Source: Octopus sinensis
Lineage: Eukaryota
Reading direction: 5' to 3'
Assembly: GCF_006345805.1 (NCBI RefSeq)
Contig: NC_043003.1
Coordinates: forward strand, 80,414,001 to 80,478,000
Length of the DNA: 64,000 bases
The translations under genes were made by a program, and so were the position numbers. Positions 1-12,461 of the stretch are shown here, piece by piece. Below the pieces are notes generated by a model that was not told the origin of the DNA, searched no databases, and worked only from the letters and a program-made list of their open reading frames with translations. Positions within the stretch are counted from its first letter, which is position 1; the number at the start of each line of letters is the position of its first letter.

Positions 1-149
1 ACACAACTGTGATACACTTGCAACTGAAAGGATTGGGATTGCTTCGTACACTTAAAATATTTTGAAACTATTTTTCTAAATGGAAAGATTAGCTGTGCTT
101 CTCTATCGTTGTTGCACTAAGTACAACCAGGTCAAATAGTTGTACATTA

Positions 150-1100
150 AGACAAACAGAATCAGTGATATAATCCCAAACATCATTTTTCATTGGGAAA
201 TGTCTATAATGTTAAAAACAATTAACTGTAAAAAATCTTAACCAGCAGATAAATGGGGCGAAATTCACAGAAAAGGAAGATAGTTCATAGTTAAACAATG
301 AACAACAGAAATCGGCCTTCCAGGCTAAAAACGTTCACATCAATTACCATCTACTTATCAGCCTCTTTTATACCAGTGAATGACAGCTATCAAGATTTCA
401 ACGAAATATATGATGATGAGAACAAACACAATGACAGACGATTCTAACACAAAATTTAGAAAGGTATGGTACCCGGATAATTTTTTTTTACCACTTGTCA
501 TCTTTCATTTCCTTCACCTCTAATCGAGCAGTGGTACAATTATTTATCATATTTGGTATTAAAATATCAAACGATTTTCTCGCTTGATATCAGCAAGATT
601 GAAAACACCCGCCCAGATAGTTTTTAACCTTATATGCTATCATCGAGGCAGCTTTTATAAAAGCAACAGAAACAGCAACATGAAAGGCATACAGCAACCA
701 AATTCTCAAAGTGTGCATGTAAAATCCTGATTGATTGTAAAATCACTAACAAAGCACTTTGTTACCGAAAATTTCACTTCTAACACTAGAATTACCAGAA
801 AGATCTACCACAACTAACTCTGGAATAGAAATACGCTCAGAACCAACAAAAGGTTTTGCATGATCATGCTGCAAGAAATTGGCATGCAACATTTCAAAGA
901 ATTGCAATTGAAGATAAAACAAAAATGATAAAATAACTGTTTCGGGAAAAGATACACCAAACAGTATTGAATTGCAAAAATATCAATAATGTCCTTTATA
1001 TATAATTGGTGAAAGACAGTTCCCATTGAGTAGGCGCTGATCCAAAATGAAAAGTAGAACATTCTTTTCCGACATAATCTTAGACAATACACCATACGAG
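150..1100 (+). mobile_element. Highly degraded LINE, RTE-like APE endonuclease region (tentative)
   Basis: Manual translation gives scattered weak matches to RTE APE motifs: DDSNTKFR (~GDFNAKVG), LERYG, IKISNDF, KHPPR..LTLYAII (~HPRSKHWHLIDYVI). Many stops and frameshifts. Confidence 0.3.
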
Positions 1101-2779
1101 GTGGAGGAAATAATGCCCCAACGTGAGTACATTTAATATTTCTGGCATTAAATATATTCAGATTCTTCCTTATGGCGTGGAAAATTGAACACCGTGGTTT
1201 GGGTCTGCAACCAAATATGTATTAGTGTGGACGTCAGCTACTCAATAGTTTCCCCATCTCACCAAACTGCACTTCTTTTCCTAAAGATCTATATTACTCT
1301 CATTGTTATGTCAGTGGTTAGCCCTGATCATGACGACTGACCATCCTATGTTTCTATATAGTCATCAAATACATCGTCTGTATTGTAGATATACTTTGTA
1401 CAATTTGATCTGTTATCTCAGTATTAAACATTTTTAGTTAGCTGAAAATCTACACATTCTTTCCGAAGTTCTTATGCATTTCACCAAAAATTGAAATTTT
1501 TGTGGGGTTTTATTGCGTAGCTAAATGTTTCTCTATTGTTATAAAATTTGGAGACATCAGGATTCTATACTGTTGTTTGACCTCATACCAGCCCTGATCC
1601 AGTAGGCATTGGAATCACTTCACTCTATTTCTGAAACTGTTTCAAATATAATACGAGATGATTAACAGTCTAGTCGATGAAATACGTCATTCCTAATTTC
1701 GTAACGGTGCGATTTGAGGTAGTGTTGTTGATATTTCTAGCAGTGCAATCTATCAGATAGAGATTTCCCCGTTGGTGCAAGGAGGAAGAAGATTCTTCAA
1801 GACTATATTGATCTTTGTTGTTTTATGTTGTTGCAACTGCTGCTGAATGTTTTAAATATCGTTACAAGTGAATTGGTTAACATCCTATTACTTTTTATGC
1901 ATCTGTTGACCGTCAGATGGTGTGCTATATTCTTCAGTGAATGATGCAATTTATAATTTCCTCGGTTTTACAGCTTCTCTGTAAACACAATTTTCAGCTA
2001 ATCCAATGTCATCACGTTAATATACGAAGGTTTTTTTTGTTTTTACCTATTTTGCAATAGTTCTTATACACTCGATTTTCAGAGAAACGATGCGTGTCAG
2101 TTGTCAAACCGATAACTTTAAAAGAATGTATTTAAAGTTTCTTAACAGACATGACGGAAGGAAACGTGGTAGTCGCTTGAACTGAATTAAAAGAGGTTCG
2201 TCGAACGCCGGAACCGCACTCGTTTCTAGAGCTTTATGTATTTCATTTTTGCAAGGTTTATGTTCTGCACAGATTTTCTGAAACTTTGATGCTCTGGGCA
2301 GTAGCATTTCGTCATGGCATTGAAAGGTTGAGTACAAAGAAAACAACCGTATACATCACAAACGTAGAGATTTAAAAGAGTTAATAGAGAAAATACATTC
2401 ACATACAGCTTAAGCTGAAGAACGTTAGTCTAGAATTATATGTATAAGAGGCAACAAATGATAGAAAAAAAATTAGATGGATAAATTGTTGTAAGCAAAC
2501 ATTATGTCTCACATTGATTTTGAAATCATTTGAGTTGAAGGTAAGTGTGAAAAAAAAATTAAGACGGAAATTATATGAGAAAATGTTCAAGAGATTCACA
2601 CTCCTCTCAGAATTTAGTAAACAGAAGAAAATTGCTATTCTAGAAGATAATGATAATATATTGCATTAAAGAACAATATTAAAATGTGATGGCAATAATT
2701 AAAATATACTTAATAGACGGAAAAGCATGACACAGCTCATAAATAAATTTTAAAATATGGCTAACAGTACTTATAAACT

Positions 2780-2999
2780 ACATGTATATATGTATGTGTC
2801 CGTATTATGTACGTATGTATATATCTATGTATGTATGTACGTGTATGTGTGTATATGCATATATATTAATATATAGGCGTGCGTATACATATATATGCGT
2901 TTACACACACAAACATATATACATATATCTCTATATCTATATACGTGTACATTTATTCATACATGCACGCACAATCACACATGTTTATATTTAAGTATG

Positions 3000-3064
<65 letters not shown>

Positions 3065-3130
3065 TTAGTGTGTATGTTATATATATACTTATGTGTGCGT
3101 ATGTGTGTTTGTATGCGTGGGTGTATTTTG
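2780..3130. repeat. Compound (TA)n/(TG)n microsatellite
   Basis: Directly visible dinucleotide tracts; source of the YI/VC-rich pseudo-ORFs. Confidence 0.9.
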
Positions 3131-3879
3131 TATTCTTATTTGGTTTCTAAGATTCTTAATGTGATGTATGTTGAATGAGCATTTGCATTACAGAAAGGTT
3201 ATTTTGCTAATAAAATACACACACATTCCATTACACTTCCTTTTATTAATAGAAATCAAATAATTAATTAATTAATCAATTAAGACATCGATTATTTGAC
3301 TAATCGTCTGGTCAGTTAACCAGTTTGTTGGTTTGTCGGAATCCATTCATCACCATTCATGAACTCATCACTCATCTGGCCTTCTTTCTCTCCTATGGCC
3401 ATTTCAACGTATCCAAAAGTAGTATAGTCCATTTTAGTGTGAATAATAATAGTTTATCGTACGATTTCTCGATTGTTTTCGTATATGTGTGTATGTATAT
3501 GTGTATATGTACGTGTGTATTTCTGTGTGTTTGTGTGTAAGAGCGAGCGAGAGAGAGCGGGTGAGTTTTTACAGGCAATGTGTATTTTTTTAGTGCTGTT
3601 TGAGTTCTGCTTCTGCGAGGTAGATTCGAAGAATTAGAACCTATAGATACGTGGCGGGTTATTTATCGCTCCGTGTCTATGTGTTCAGTCCTAGCAACCT
3701 ACTGAAGAAGCGGCGCCCGATATAGGCTGAAATTATTTTATTTCAGTCTGTATTTAAGTCTGCAGAAACTTTGCAGGGTCTAGGATTAAGGTAAAAGTTT
3801 TTATTTTCCAATCACTTCCGGAATTACAACAATTGGTGGCTTGGAGTTTTAACTGCTCTTTCTAGCGAGTCAGATATCC

Positions 3880-4030
3880 TATTCTTCGGGTATCTCTTTT
3901 GTGTTTGAACGTACACTGTATTCGTCTTTGAATATTATATAGTCTATTGACTAATTTTTTTCTTTCTCGCTAGACCACTGGTAACTAAGAAGTTTTCTAT
4001 GAATATTCTTGCTACCCTAAGATTTTAATT
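3880..4030. repeat. Dispersed repeat, second copy at ~25570-25710 (possibly Penelope-derived)
   Basis: Shared gtacactgtatt...tatatagtctattgactaa.ttttt...cgctag.ccactggta at both loci. Confidence 0.6.
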
Positions 4031-4066
4031 AATGATAATATATATATATATATATATCCATATATA

Positions 4067-5065
4067 CAGGGGTTGCGCAAAATAGTGGAAACACCTTACA
4101 TCATAGCATCATAATTTTGAAATACGTATAAAACCGCCAAAAACTCCTTTATTTTTATGTTTTGTGATTAATTGTTGGTGTTGGTTAATATGTTTTACTA
4201 AAATTGCTGTTTCTTTTCAGATATCACCAGAAAGTGGTAATTCAAATGCATTAAAATGACAGATCTATCGGACTTTCAAAGAGGTCTACTATGGCAGGCG
4301 CTAGCGTAACGAAAATAACCGAAATGATATGTGTATCAAGAAGTAGTTTCGGAAAGAGATATGTGGGTTTGTGTGTCGGGGGAGGGGGGAACCATCTCGT
4401 CGAAACAAAACTCCGGAATAAAACCAAAATTTTCAGATAGGGAGCGTCAGACTCTTACGCGAATTGTTAGAAAGAATCAGAAAAGTGCAGCTCCCAAAAT
4501 AACTGCAGAGCTTAATGATCACATCGAAGAACCCAGTTTCCACAAAACCTGTTCGCTGGGAGCTTCACAAAGCCGGATTTCATGGGACGGTTTTAATCAG
4601 AAAACCACCACTCTCTAAAACAAACGTTTCAAAGTGTTTAGATTAGAATAAAAACCCACAGAATTGCTTCCTAGAGCAGTGGAAGAATGTTATTTTCCCG
4701 GATAAGTCATCCTTTACCTAATTTCACCCAGCTAAATTTGTTACTAAATGACACGAGGAACATTCTAGTGAAGTTGAACATCTTATCTGGCCACCACTGT
4801 CTCCAGATCTCAATATTTTTGAACATTTAAGGTGAAGTTTAGAAAAGTAAGTAAGGAATCGAAATCCTCCACTATCATCACTACAAGAACTGGAGACTCT
4901 GAGCTGAAAAATGGACAAAAATTTCTTTGAAAACAATTCAAACTTTTTACGAGTCCATACCTCGTAGAATTCAAGCTGTAATTACAGCCAAAGGCGGTCC
5001 TACCCCATATAAAAATAAATTTCTTTGAAATTTTAAGATGTTTCCATTATTTTGTCCAACCTCGG
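4067..5065 (+). mobile_element. Tc1/mariner DNA transposon, internally deleted, non-autonomous
   Basis: TIRs CAGGGGTTGCGCAAAATAGTGGAAAC / GTTTCCATTATTTTGTCCAACCTCGG flanked by TA. Transposase remnants: HTH region (KPKFSDRERQTLTRIVRKN), WKNVIFPDKSSF (~WxxVIFSDES), WPPLSPDLN, ESIPRRIQAVITAKGGPTPY*. Confidence 0.9.
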
Positions 5066-5067
5066 TA

Positions 5068-5107
5068 CGTATATATATATATATATAATATATATTATAT
5101 ATATATA

Positions 5108-5148
<41 letters not shown>

Positions 5149-5165
5149 TATATATATATATATAT

Positions 5166-5196
<31 letters not shown>

Positions 5197-5237
5197 ATTA
5201 TATATATATATATATATATAATTATATATTATATATA

Positions 5238-5268
<31 letters not shown>

Positions 5269-5295
5269 ATATTATATATATATAATATATAATAT

Positions 5296-5327
<32 letters not shown>

Positions 5328-5617
5328 TATATATATATATATATATATAATATATTATATATATATATATATTATATATATAATTATATATATTATATAT
5401 ATATATAATTATATATATATATATATATATATAATTATATATATATATATATATATATAATTATATATATATATATATATATATAATTATATATATATAT
5501 ATAATATATAATTATATATAATATATATATATATAATTATATATATATAATATATATATATAATTATATATAATATATATATATATATATAATTATATAT
5601 ATATATATATATATATA

Positions 5618-5666
<49 letters not shown>

Positions 5667-5705
5667 TTATACATATATATATATATATATATACATACAT
5701 ACATA
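5068..5705. repeat. ~630 bp interrupted (TA)n tract
   Basis: TA dinucleotides with recurrent TAAT/ATTA phase shifts, starting at the Tc1 3' TIR. Confidence 0.95.
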
Positions 5706-5734
5706 CATAAATAAATGTATAGTCTTTAATTATT

Positions 5735-6032
5735 TTATTTGATCCAATCATTTGACTATGTCCACGCTGGAGCACCGCGTGACTTATTCTTTATAAGCCC
5801 AGGACTTATTCTTTGTGAACCTAGTACTTATTCTATCGGTTAATTTTAGAGGACCCCTAGATTACGTGTACGTAAAAGCACCAACATCTCTTGTCAAGTG
5901 ATTGTGGCGGGGGAACAAATACAGTCACAAAGTCACACAGATAAATATACATACATATTCTTTTACTTTTTTAAAATGTTTTAGCCACTTGCCTTCGATC
6001 ATGCCGGAGCACCGCCTTCTCGTCGAACAAAT

Positions 6033-6080
<48 letters not shown>

Positions 6081-6244
6081 GGACGAGCTTCTTTCAGTTT
6101 TCCGTCTACCAAATCCACTCAAGGTTTTGGTCAGTCCAAGGCTACAGTAGAAGACACTTGCCCAAGGTGCCACACATTGGGACTGAACCCGGAAGTATGT
6201 GGTTGGAAAGCAAGCTTCTTACCATGCAGCTATTCCTGCGCCTA
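5735..6244 (-). mobile_element. tRNA-derived SINE, group B (internal microsatellite), with duplicated 3' piece
   Basis: Minus-strand head with A/B-box-like motifs and ccttgggcaagtgtcttc core, internal (TA)n, body ending gcggtgctccagc. Homologous pieces at 25186, 27125, 28734, 34150, 34850, 52150. Confidence 0.75.
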
Positions 6245-6421
6245 TAGTATAGTATATATTGCTGACATCATAATAATGTGATAAAATTTCTTTTTTGAAA
6301 CGTTGAATATTGGAACATATAAATCTATATAAAAGAACATCGCACAATTGTATTGAATATGAAAAGCCGGAGCTTGCACACACATACATATATAAATATA
6401 TATATGTGTGTGCTTGTGTGT

Positions 6422-6461
<40 letters not shown>

Positions 6462-7039
6462 AAACGCATATATCGTATATATATCTATATCTGCACCCGT
6501 TCTATGAGCATATATACGTTAGCTGGAAAGCTAAACAATATATAGAAGAAAAGTCAAATCAATTCATTAATATTATACAAGGAACAATTATGAAAAGTGT
6601 TTTCATTTGCATAATAAGCGAATTTAAATTCAGACCAAAACATTATGATAACTAAATGTTATTATAATAGGTTATTAAAACATACAAACGTATATATTTG
6701 TTAAACATATTCTATTAAATACATTCATAGGAAAGTTAGTTAATGCAACAATTCAAATAAATGTCTTTATCTCTGCGTACGAATTCTAAGTTTATAGCTT
6801 ACAGAGAGGGTATTGAATTTAGTAAAATTTTGATGGTTAAAATTACAGATAACCATTAAAATGTTTCCTTTTGCTTAATATTTAGTGATATAGAGCGCAC
6901 TATACAGTTAGGGCAGGAAAGGAACATATAAATACGAACTATTTTATTTTCAGATAAAAACTGATATGAAAATCGAACATGTGTGACTCTACTCGCTAAC
7001 ATGTACAAAGAAGGACTATATTTTATGTAATATCAACCT

Positions 7040-7475
<436 letters not shown>

Positions 7476-7973
7476 ATATGTGTTATATTTCTCTAGTGTC
7501 TGAGTGTATATGGGTAAGTTTGATAACGCAGCCAGTGAAACAGAACACAAAACAAGGGTACATACACATTTTTCTTAATAATCAGCCGGAGTTACTGAGT
7601 GAACCGAGAGCCGTGCATTTCGTGCGTTCACTCTTATCTAACTTTTGTTGAGTACCAACGGACAAACGTATGGATTCCAGTTATTAATAAAAATACGTAC
7701 ACACACACGCACACACACTCGCACGCACACAAACACACAAATAAACAAAGACACTCACACCTGCATTGAGCAAAAGCTGTTGTCAGTTTTGGTCACATAT
7801 ACCCTGCTTGGTCCAATGTTCTCGACATGAGATGATCTGTATCCACCAAAGAAGCTTAGTGTATGTAATATAAAGTCAAATCTTCCCTTTATGTTTTGAC
7901 TCCGTATAGAAGAATGTTAACACTGAAACACAAGTCAATTATCGTGGTGTAGCATAATTAATGAAACAATTCA

Positions 7974-8012
<39 letters not shown>

Positions 8013-8149
8013 TTGTGTGTGTGCGTGTGTGTGTGTGCCTGTATGTATGTATGTATATGTATGCGTGTGTCAGTGTGTGAACAAGTAAAAGAAAATAGCT
8101 CACAAGACATTTACTTGGTGTTATTCATATTCAATAACATATGTTTAAA

Positions 8150-8750
8150 ATTTAACATGCCATCATCCACGTGTAAACGAAATTTTAAAAGCGTTAACCA
8201 GATGATTTCTAATTGCAAATAAATTGGCCTCGTTTGGCCAGTTCATGCCATTTGTATACTTTGGAAAGGCGACGACATCAGAATATTGCATAACACTGTC
8301 CCATATGGTAGAAGAGACAGTGTAGTGATGAAAGGTAGTCTGTTGTGTCAAAGATTTAATAGTCCAGTGACATCAGTTACAACCATACCATATGATGAAG
8401 TAACCAGTTTAGTGACATTTTTGTTTGCATAGTGTGTCGTTAACCGGGTAATATGTGATCTCGATGATTACACACGGAAGAATATATAATCACAACATAG
8501 GCAAACATCATTGTATACCTAGGCTTTCTACAGTTGCAGATGGACCAGAAATGTTGCAGGTGGGTTTTCGAGTTAAAGGCAGCAAGTGGTTTGGACACCA
8601 TCAGCACAGTATATCTTCGGTGATAACAATACAACAGTTCGGTTTCCCTGTTCATGGATACTGTTGTCTGTTGCACTATAAGCAGTTTTTCAATAAGACA
8701 TATTTCGTTATTGAAAACTCCAGAACTGTATAGACGGGCTTTATATTTTA
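8150..8750 (-). mobile_element. Degraded CR1/L2-like reverse transcriptase fragment
   Basis: Minus-strand translation has RT motifs in order: YHRRYTVLMVSKPL (~NYRPISLLSVVSKLL), KL..SYG, DSVMQYS...KYTNGM...NLFA (~GVPQGS...YINDL...LFADD). Confidence 0.45.
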
Positions 8751-9493
8751 TTGAATAAAGAAATATTTAAATATGTTGCTCGAACAGATTTTGTGAAAAT
8801 CTCTTCCTCGATCCAGATGTCTCCAGATAATTCAGGCCAGAGAAGTGGAAAATTGCCCGACTCTACACCTCAAGGAATACAGGGATTGTTTCGTGAAACT
8901 ATTACTCTTTGTACACAGGATGCTACTTGTGAGAATCTGGTGGGATTTTCAGATGTTACAGTTCGGTGACCAGAGAGTTACCTTTTGCATCCCTCCGCTG
9001 TAGTATGTAATGTTGGATGTGATGTTATCTAAGTGTGGTTATATATGTGCATAGATATATGTGCGTAGATACAAAAGTACGTATGTAAGCATGTATCTGT
9101 ATAGCTATACAAATGTGTATGTGTGTGCGTGTGTGTGTACAAAAAGGCAGTACGACCTTTCCTGAAGAGTCTCACGTTCGGTTGTGTTCGATTGCGTTCA
9201 GATGTGCACATTTCTCGTATATACTACCCATTGTAGACTTGTGTCATAACATTATGTTGCGATATTGGTATTGCTTCCATAATCCATCATGTAATTTGGG
9301 TGACAATTTAATAAATTATTCTAGAAATGTCTGATAATATTTTGGTATCTTACTTACTATGCATTTAAAATGAAGAGCAATTCAGCACATTGCATCACAC
9401 TCTGTAAAACAAAGGTAGATAATAAAATATTAACAGAAAGTGAATCCGTACTTAATAGAACTTATCTAAGAATTAGGTTGTTGGTTACAGAAG

Positions 9494-9497
<4 letters not shown>

Positions 9498-9532
<35 letters not shown>

Positions 9533-9546
9533 CATTATTATTATTA

Positions 9547-9595
<49 letters not shown>

Positions 9596-9822
9596 TCTTA
9601 CTGCCCACAAGGAGCTACACACAGAAGGGAAACCAAGGACAGGCAAACGGATTAAGTCGAGTGTATCGACCCCAGTGCATAACTGGTACTTATTTAATCG
9701 ACCCCGAAAGGGTGAAAAACAAAGTCGACCTCGGCGGAATTTGAACTCAGAACGTAGCGGCAGACGAAATACCGCTAAGCATTTCGCCCGGCGTGCTAAC
9801 ATTTCTGTCAGCTCACTGCCTT
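9498..9822 (-). mobile_element. tRNA-derived SINE, group A1, full length with ~100 bp (TAA)n tail and 12-bp TSD
   Basis: Body 9592-9822 matches copies at 20521, 20772, 26115, 26439, 28927; B-box GAGTTCAAATTCC. TSD tacagaagcatt (9486-9497) / tacggaagcatt (9825-9836) encloses the (TTA)n tract. Confidence 0.9.
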
Positions 9823-10262
9823 CATACGGAAGCATTTCTAATATTGCGCAATTTGTGTTTAACATACAGCATGCACATCGGTAGGCGTAGCATTCTAATG
9901 CACTTAGAATACAATTCTGACAGGAGAGCCTTATAAACGGAGACCATCCGCTATAAAAGGGCAGTACAGAAGCCAAACCCACTCTATATCCTAAAATAGG
10001 GCTGAGACATCCTAGAAATGTTAAACGTGAATTCGGAGACATTATATTTTTTTCAAAACAACTCAGAGGTTCTTTACATTGACAGGAAATAAATTAGCAG
10101 GAAACAAATTAAATTAGAAAAGATCACGTGTATTCAGTATATGTAATTACATTACATCTTATCAGACAGGGTTTTCTATGTTCCTTTTCTGTGTCCACAT
10201 CGTAACTTAACTGGACTCATGTAGATTGCTTTACCTCATCGGAGATATGAATTATGTATCGT

Positions 10263-10268
10263 ACACAT

Positions 10269-10343
<75 letters not shown>

Positions 10344-10375
10344 GCTATCTATCTATCTGTCTTTCTGTCTTTCTG

Positions 10376-10412
<37 letters not shown>

Positions 10413-10437
10413 CTATCTGTCTTTCTGTCTGTCTATC

Positions 10438-10526
<89 letters not shown>

Positions 10527-10528
10527 GC
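10263..10528. repeat. (TCTA)n microsatellite
   Basis: Directly visible; gives YLSI pseudo-ORFs. Confidence 0.95.
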
Positions 10529-11629
10529 GTAAATATGGTATTTAGTCATTTTCTTGGTAACACGAATCCAAGAGTTTGAGATTGTTGAGGAAGTATCTAA
10601 TTTATGTACTGAGACTATATTTTTGGTAGCATATCGAACAAATATTTTGTGTTTTACCTGTATTTTCTCAACTGCTATTATCTTCCCAAGCACTTTTATT
10701 CACTTGCTGAAAAATATTTTAGTTTGATTTCATCTTGCTCACTCATATATTTCATTTGTGGTTTTGTGCTTTATATTTCATGATTGGAAAGCTTCATTCT
10801 TACCATAGGTAATACTGCCTTACTGTATGTATAGAATATATTTATGAGCACTTAATGGTTTTTTACAGGAACACATAGATTGCGTTCCGGATATAATGTT
10901 GACATAAATTGTCTTGGATTTATATCCCAATATTTAGCACCGAAATTGTGTGACTACTTTATTATTTATTATAAACACCCGGAATTTTATCCTATCAAGA
11001 TTCGTAAACTTTTACTGGACGGAAGATGATTAGGAATTTAATAGGATTTCATCTCTACATTCTTCGTTTCAATTATGTATTTGGTAAAAGTCCATAAAAG
11101 TTCTTATGGAATTTCAACGGGCGGGAAATGTTGTTTGACTGTAATTCCTCTTCACGACTTAAAACATAACGTTTCGATTGCACAACACGTAATTTTACTG
11201 CCATCGAAAAATAATTCGTAAATGGAATTTGGTACCTGGAAACTGCAGAAACTTGTCACACACACACACACATACAAACACACACACACACCACACACAC
11301 ACACACACACACACCACACACACATATATATTATATATATATATTATATATATATATATTATATATATACACTTGCGCGTGTGTGGGTGTATATGCATAG
11401 GCTTGGATGTGTGGTGAATTGTTTGCTTCTTAACCATCTAATTCTAGGACCTTGGGCAAATGTCTCCAACGAGTGAAACATATGTAAACACATAATGTGA
11501 GACAAGTGCGGGACAATATACTAAAAGAAGTCTAAAAATTCCCCAGTTGTCGACTGTTAATTATTCTCTATTTCGAGTGTGTGTGTGCGTATATATATAT
11601 ATATATATATATATATCAGTCGCAATGAT

Positions 11630-11810
11630 TGACCGATAAATCCATGTTTCCATTTATTCTCTGTTATTTCCTCGTGTTACTGCCTGTTGGAGAGCGTAGG
11701 CTCGAAACGTAATAGACTTTTCCCGCTTCCCGAGCGTCAAACTAATACATATGCTTGTTGTTTATACACCTGTCTTCGTCTTTTGTTTTTCTGTAAATTT
11801 CAACTATACG
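11630..11810 (+). mobile_element. Penelope-like terminal repeat remnant with decayed hammerhead motif
   Basis: CTGTTGG-A-GAGC-GTAG-GCTC-GAAACGTA at 11684-11711 fits the PLE pattern CTGATGA-A-stem-GAAACGT with two core substitutions. Confidence 0.45.
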
Positions 11811-12062
11811 CACACGTACACACACACACGTACACACACACACGTGCACACACACATACATAACACTGTAAACACTGCTGTAGCCCAATGGTCAGCCTTC
11901 TCCTAATATGCAGAATTACTCCGTTGCAGGATTACTCATTTATAGTAGACTGGACTGAAGCAACGGGAAATGAAGTCTTCCTACGAACGCAGAGTATCAC
12001 CGGTCTGAGTATTGATCATTAGCGCATAAATCTATATAATATAAATATACATCTACCTATGT

Positions 12063-12461
12063 GGAGGCGCAATGGCCCAGTGGTTAGGGCAGCGGACTCG
12101 CAGTCGTAGGATCGCGGTTTAGATTCCCAGACCGGGCGTTGCGAGTGTTTATTGAGCGAAAACACCTAAAGCTCCACGAGGCTCCGGCAGGGATGGTGGT
12201 GATCCCTGCTGTACTCTTTCAACACAACCTTCTCTCACTCTTACTTCCTGTTTCTGTTGTACCTGTATTTCAAAGGGCCGGCCTTGTCACTCTCTGTGTC
12301 ACGCTGAATATCCCCGAGAACTACGTTAAGGGTACACGTGTCTGTGGAGTGCTCAGCCACTTACACGTTAATTTCACGAGCAGGCTGTTCCGTTGATCGG
12401 ATCAACCGGAACCCTCATCATCGTAACCGACGGAGTGCTTCTTTTTCATGCTTCTTTCTTC
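12063..12461 (+). mobile_element. tRNA-derived SINE, group C body 1, full length with 14-bp TSD
   Basis: A box TGGCCCAGTGG, B-box-like GGTTTAGATTCCC, pyrimidine tail. Perfect TSD ACATCTACCTATGT at 12049-12062 and 12462-12475. Confidence 0.9.

Noticed and set aside
2104-2546. 80-aa minus ORF and a plus-strand AAG|GTAAGT donor
   Set aside because: No recognisable motif; no convincing acceptor with an open frame.
9485-10042. 185-aa ORF and similar RRGRLCF / KVDLGGI ORFs at 20696, 20850, 26199, 26522
   Set aside because: Read-through of SINE group A sequence; recurring peptides reflect the repeat.
10560-11210. Possible RTE-like APE remnant on the minus strand
   Set aside because: Motif matches too weak to separate from chance.
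12066-12140. tRNA gene (also 52700-52776 and 53135-53211)
   Set aside because: tRNA-like head continues into a SINE body bounded by TSDs or TA tracts; no proper cloverleaf end or terminator.
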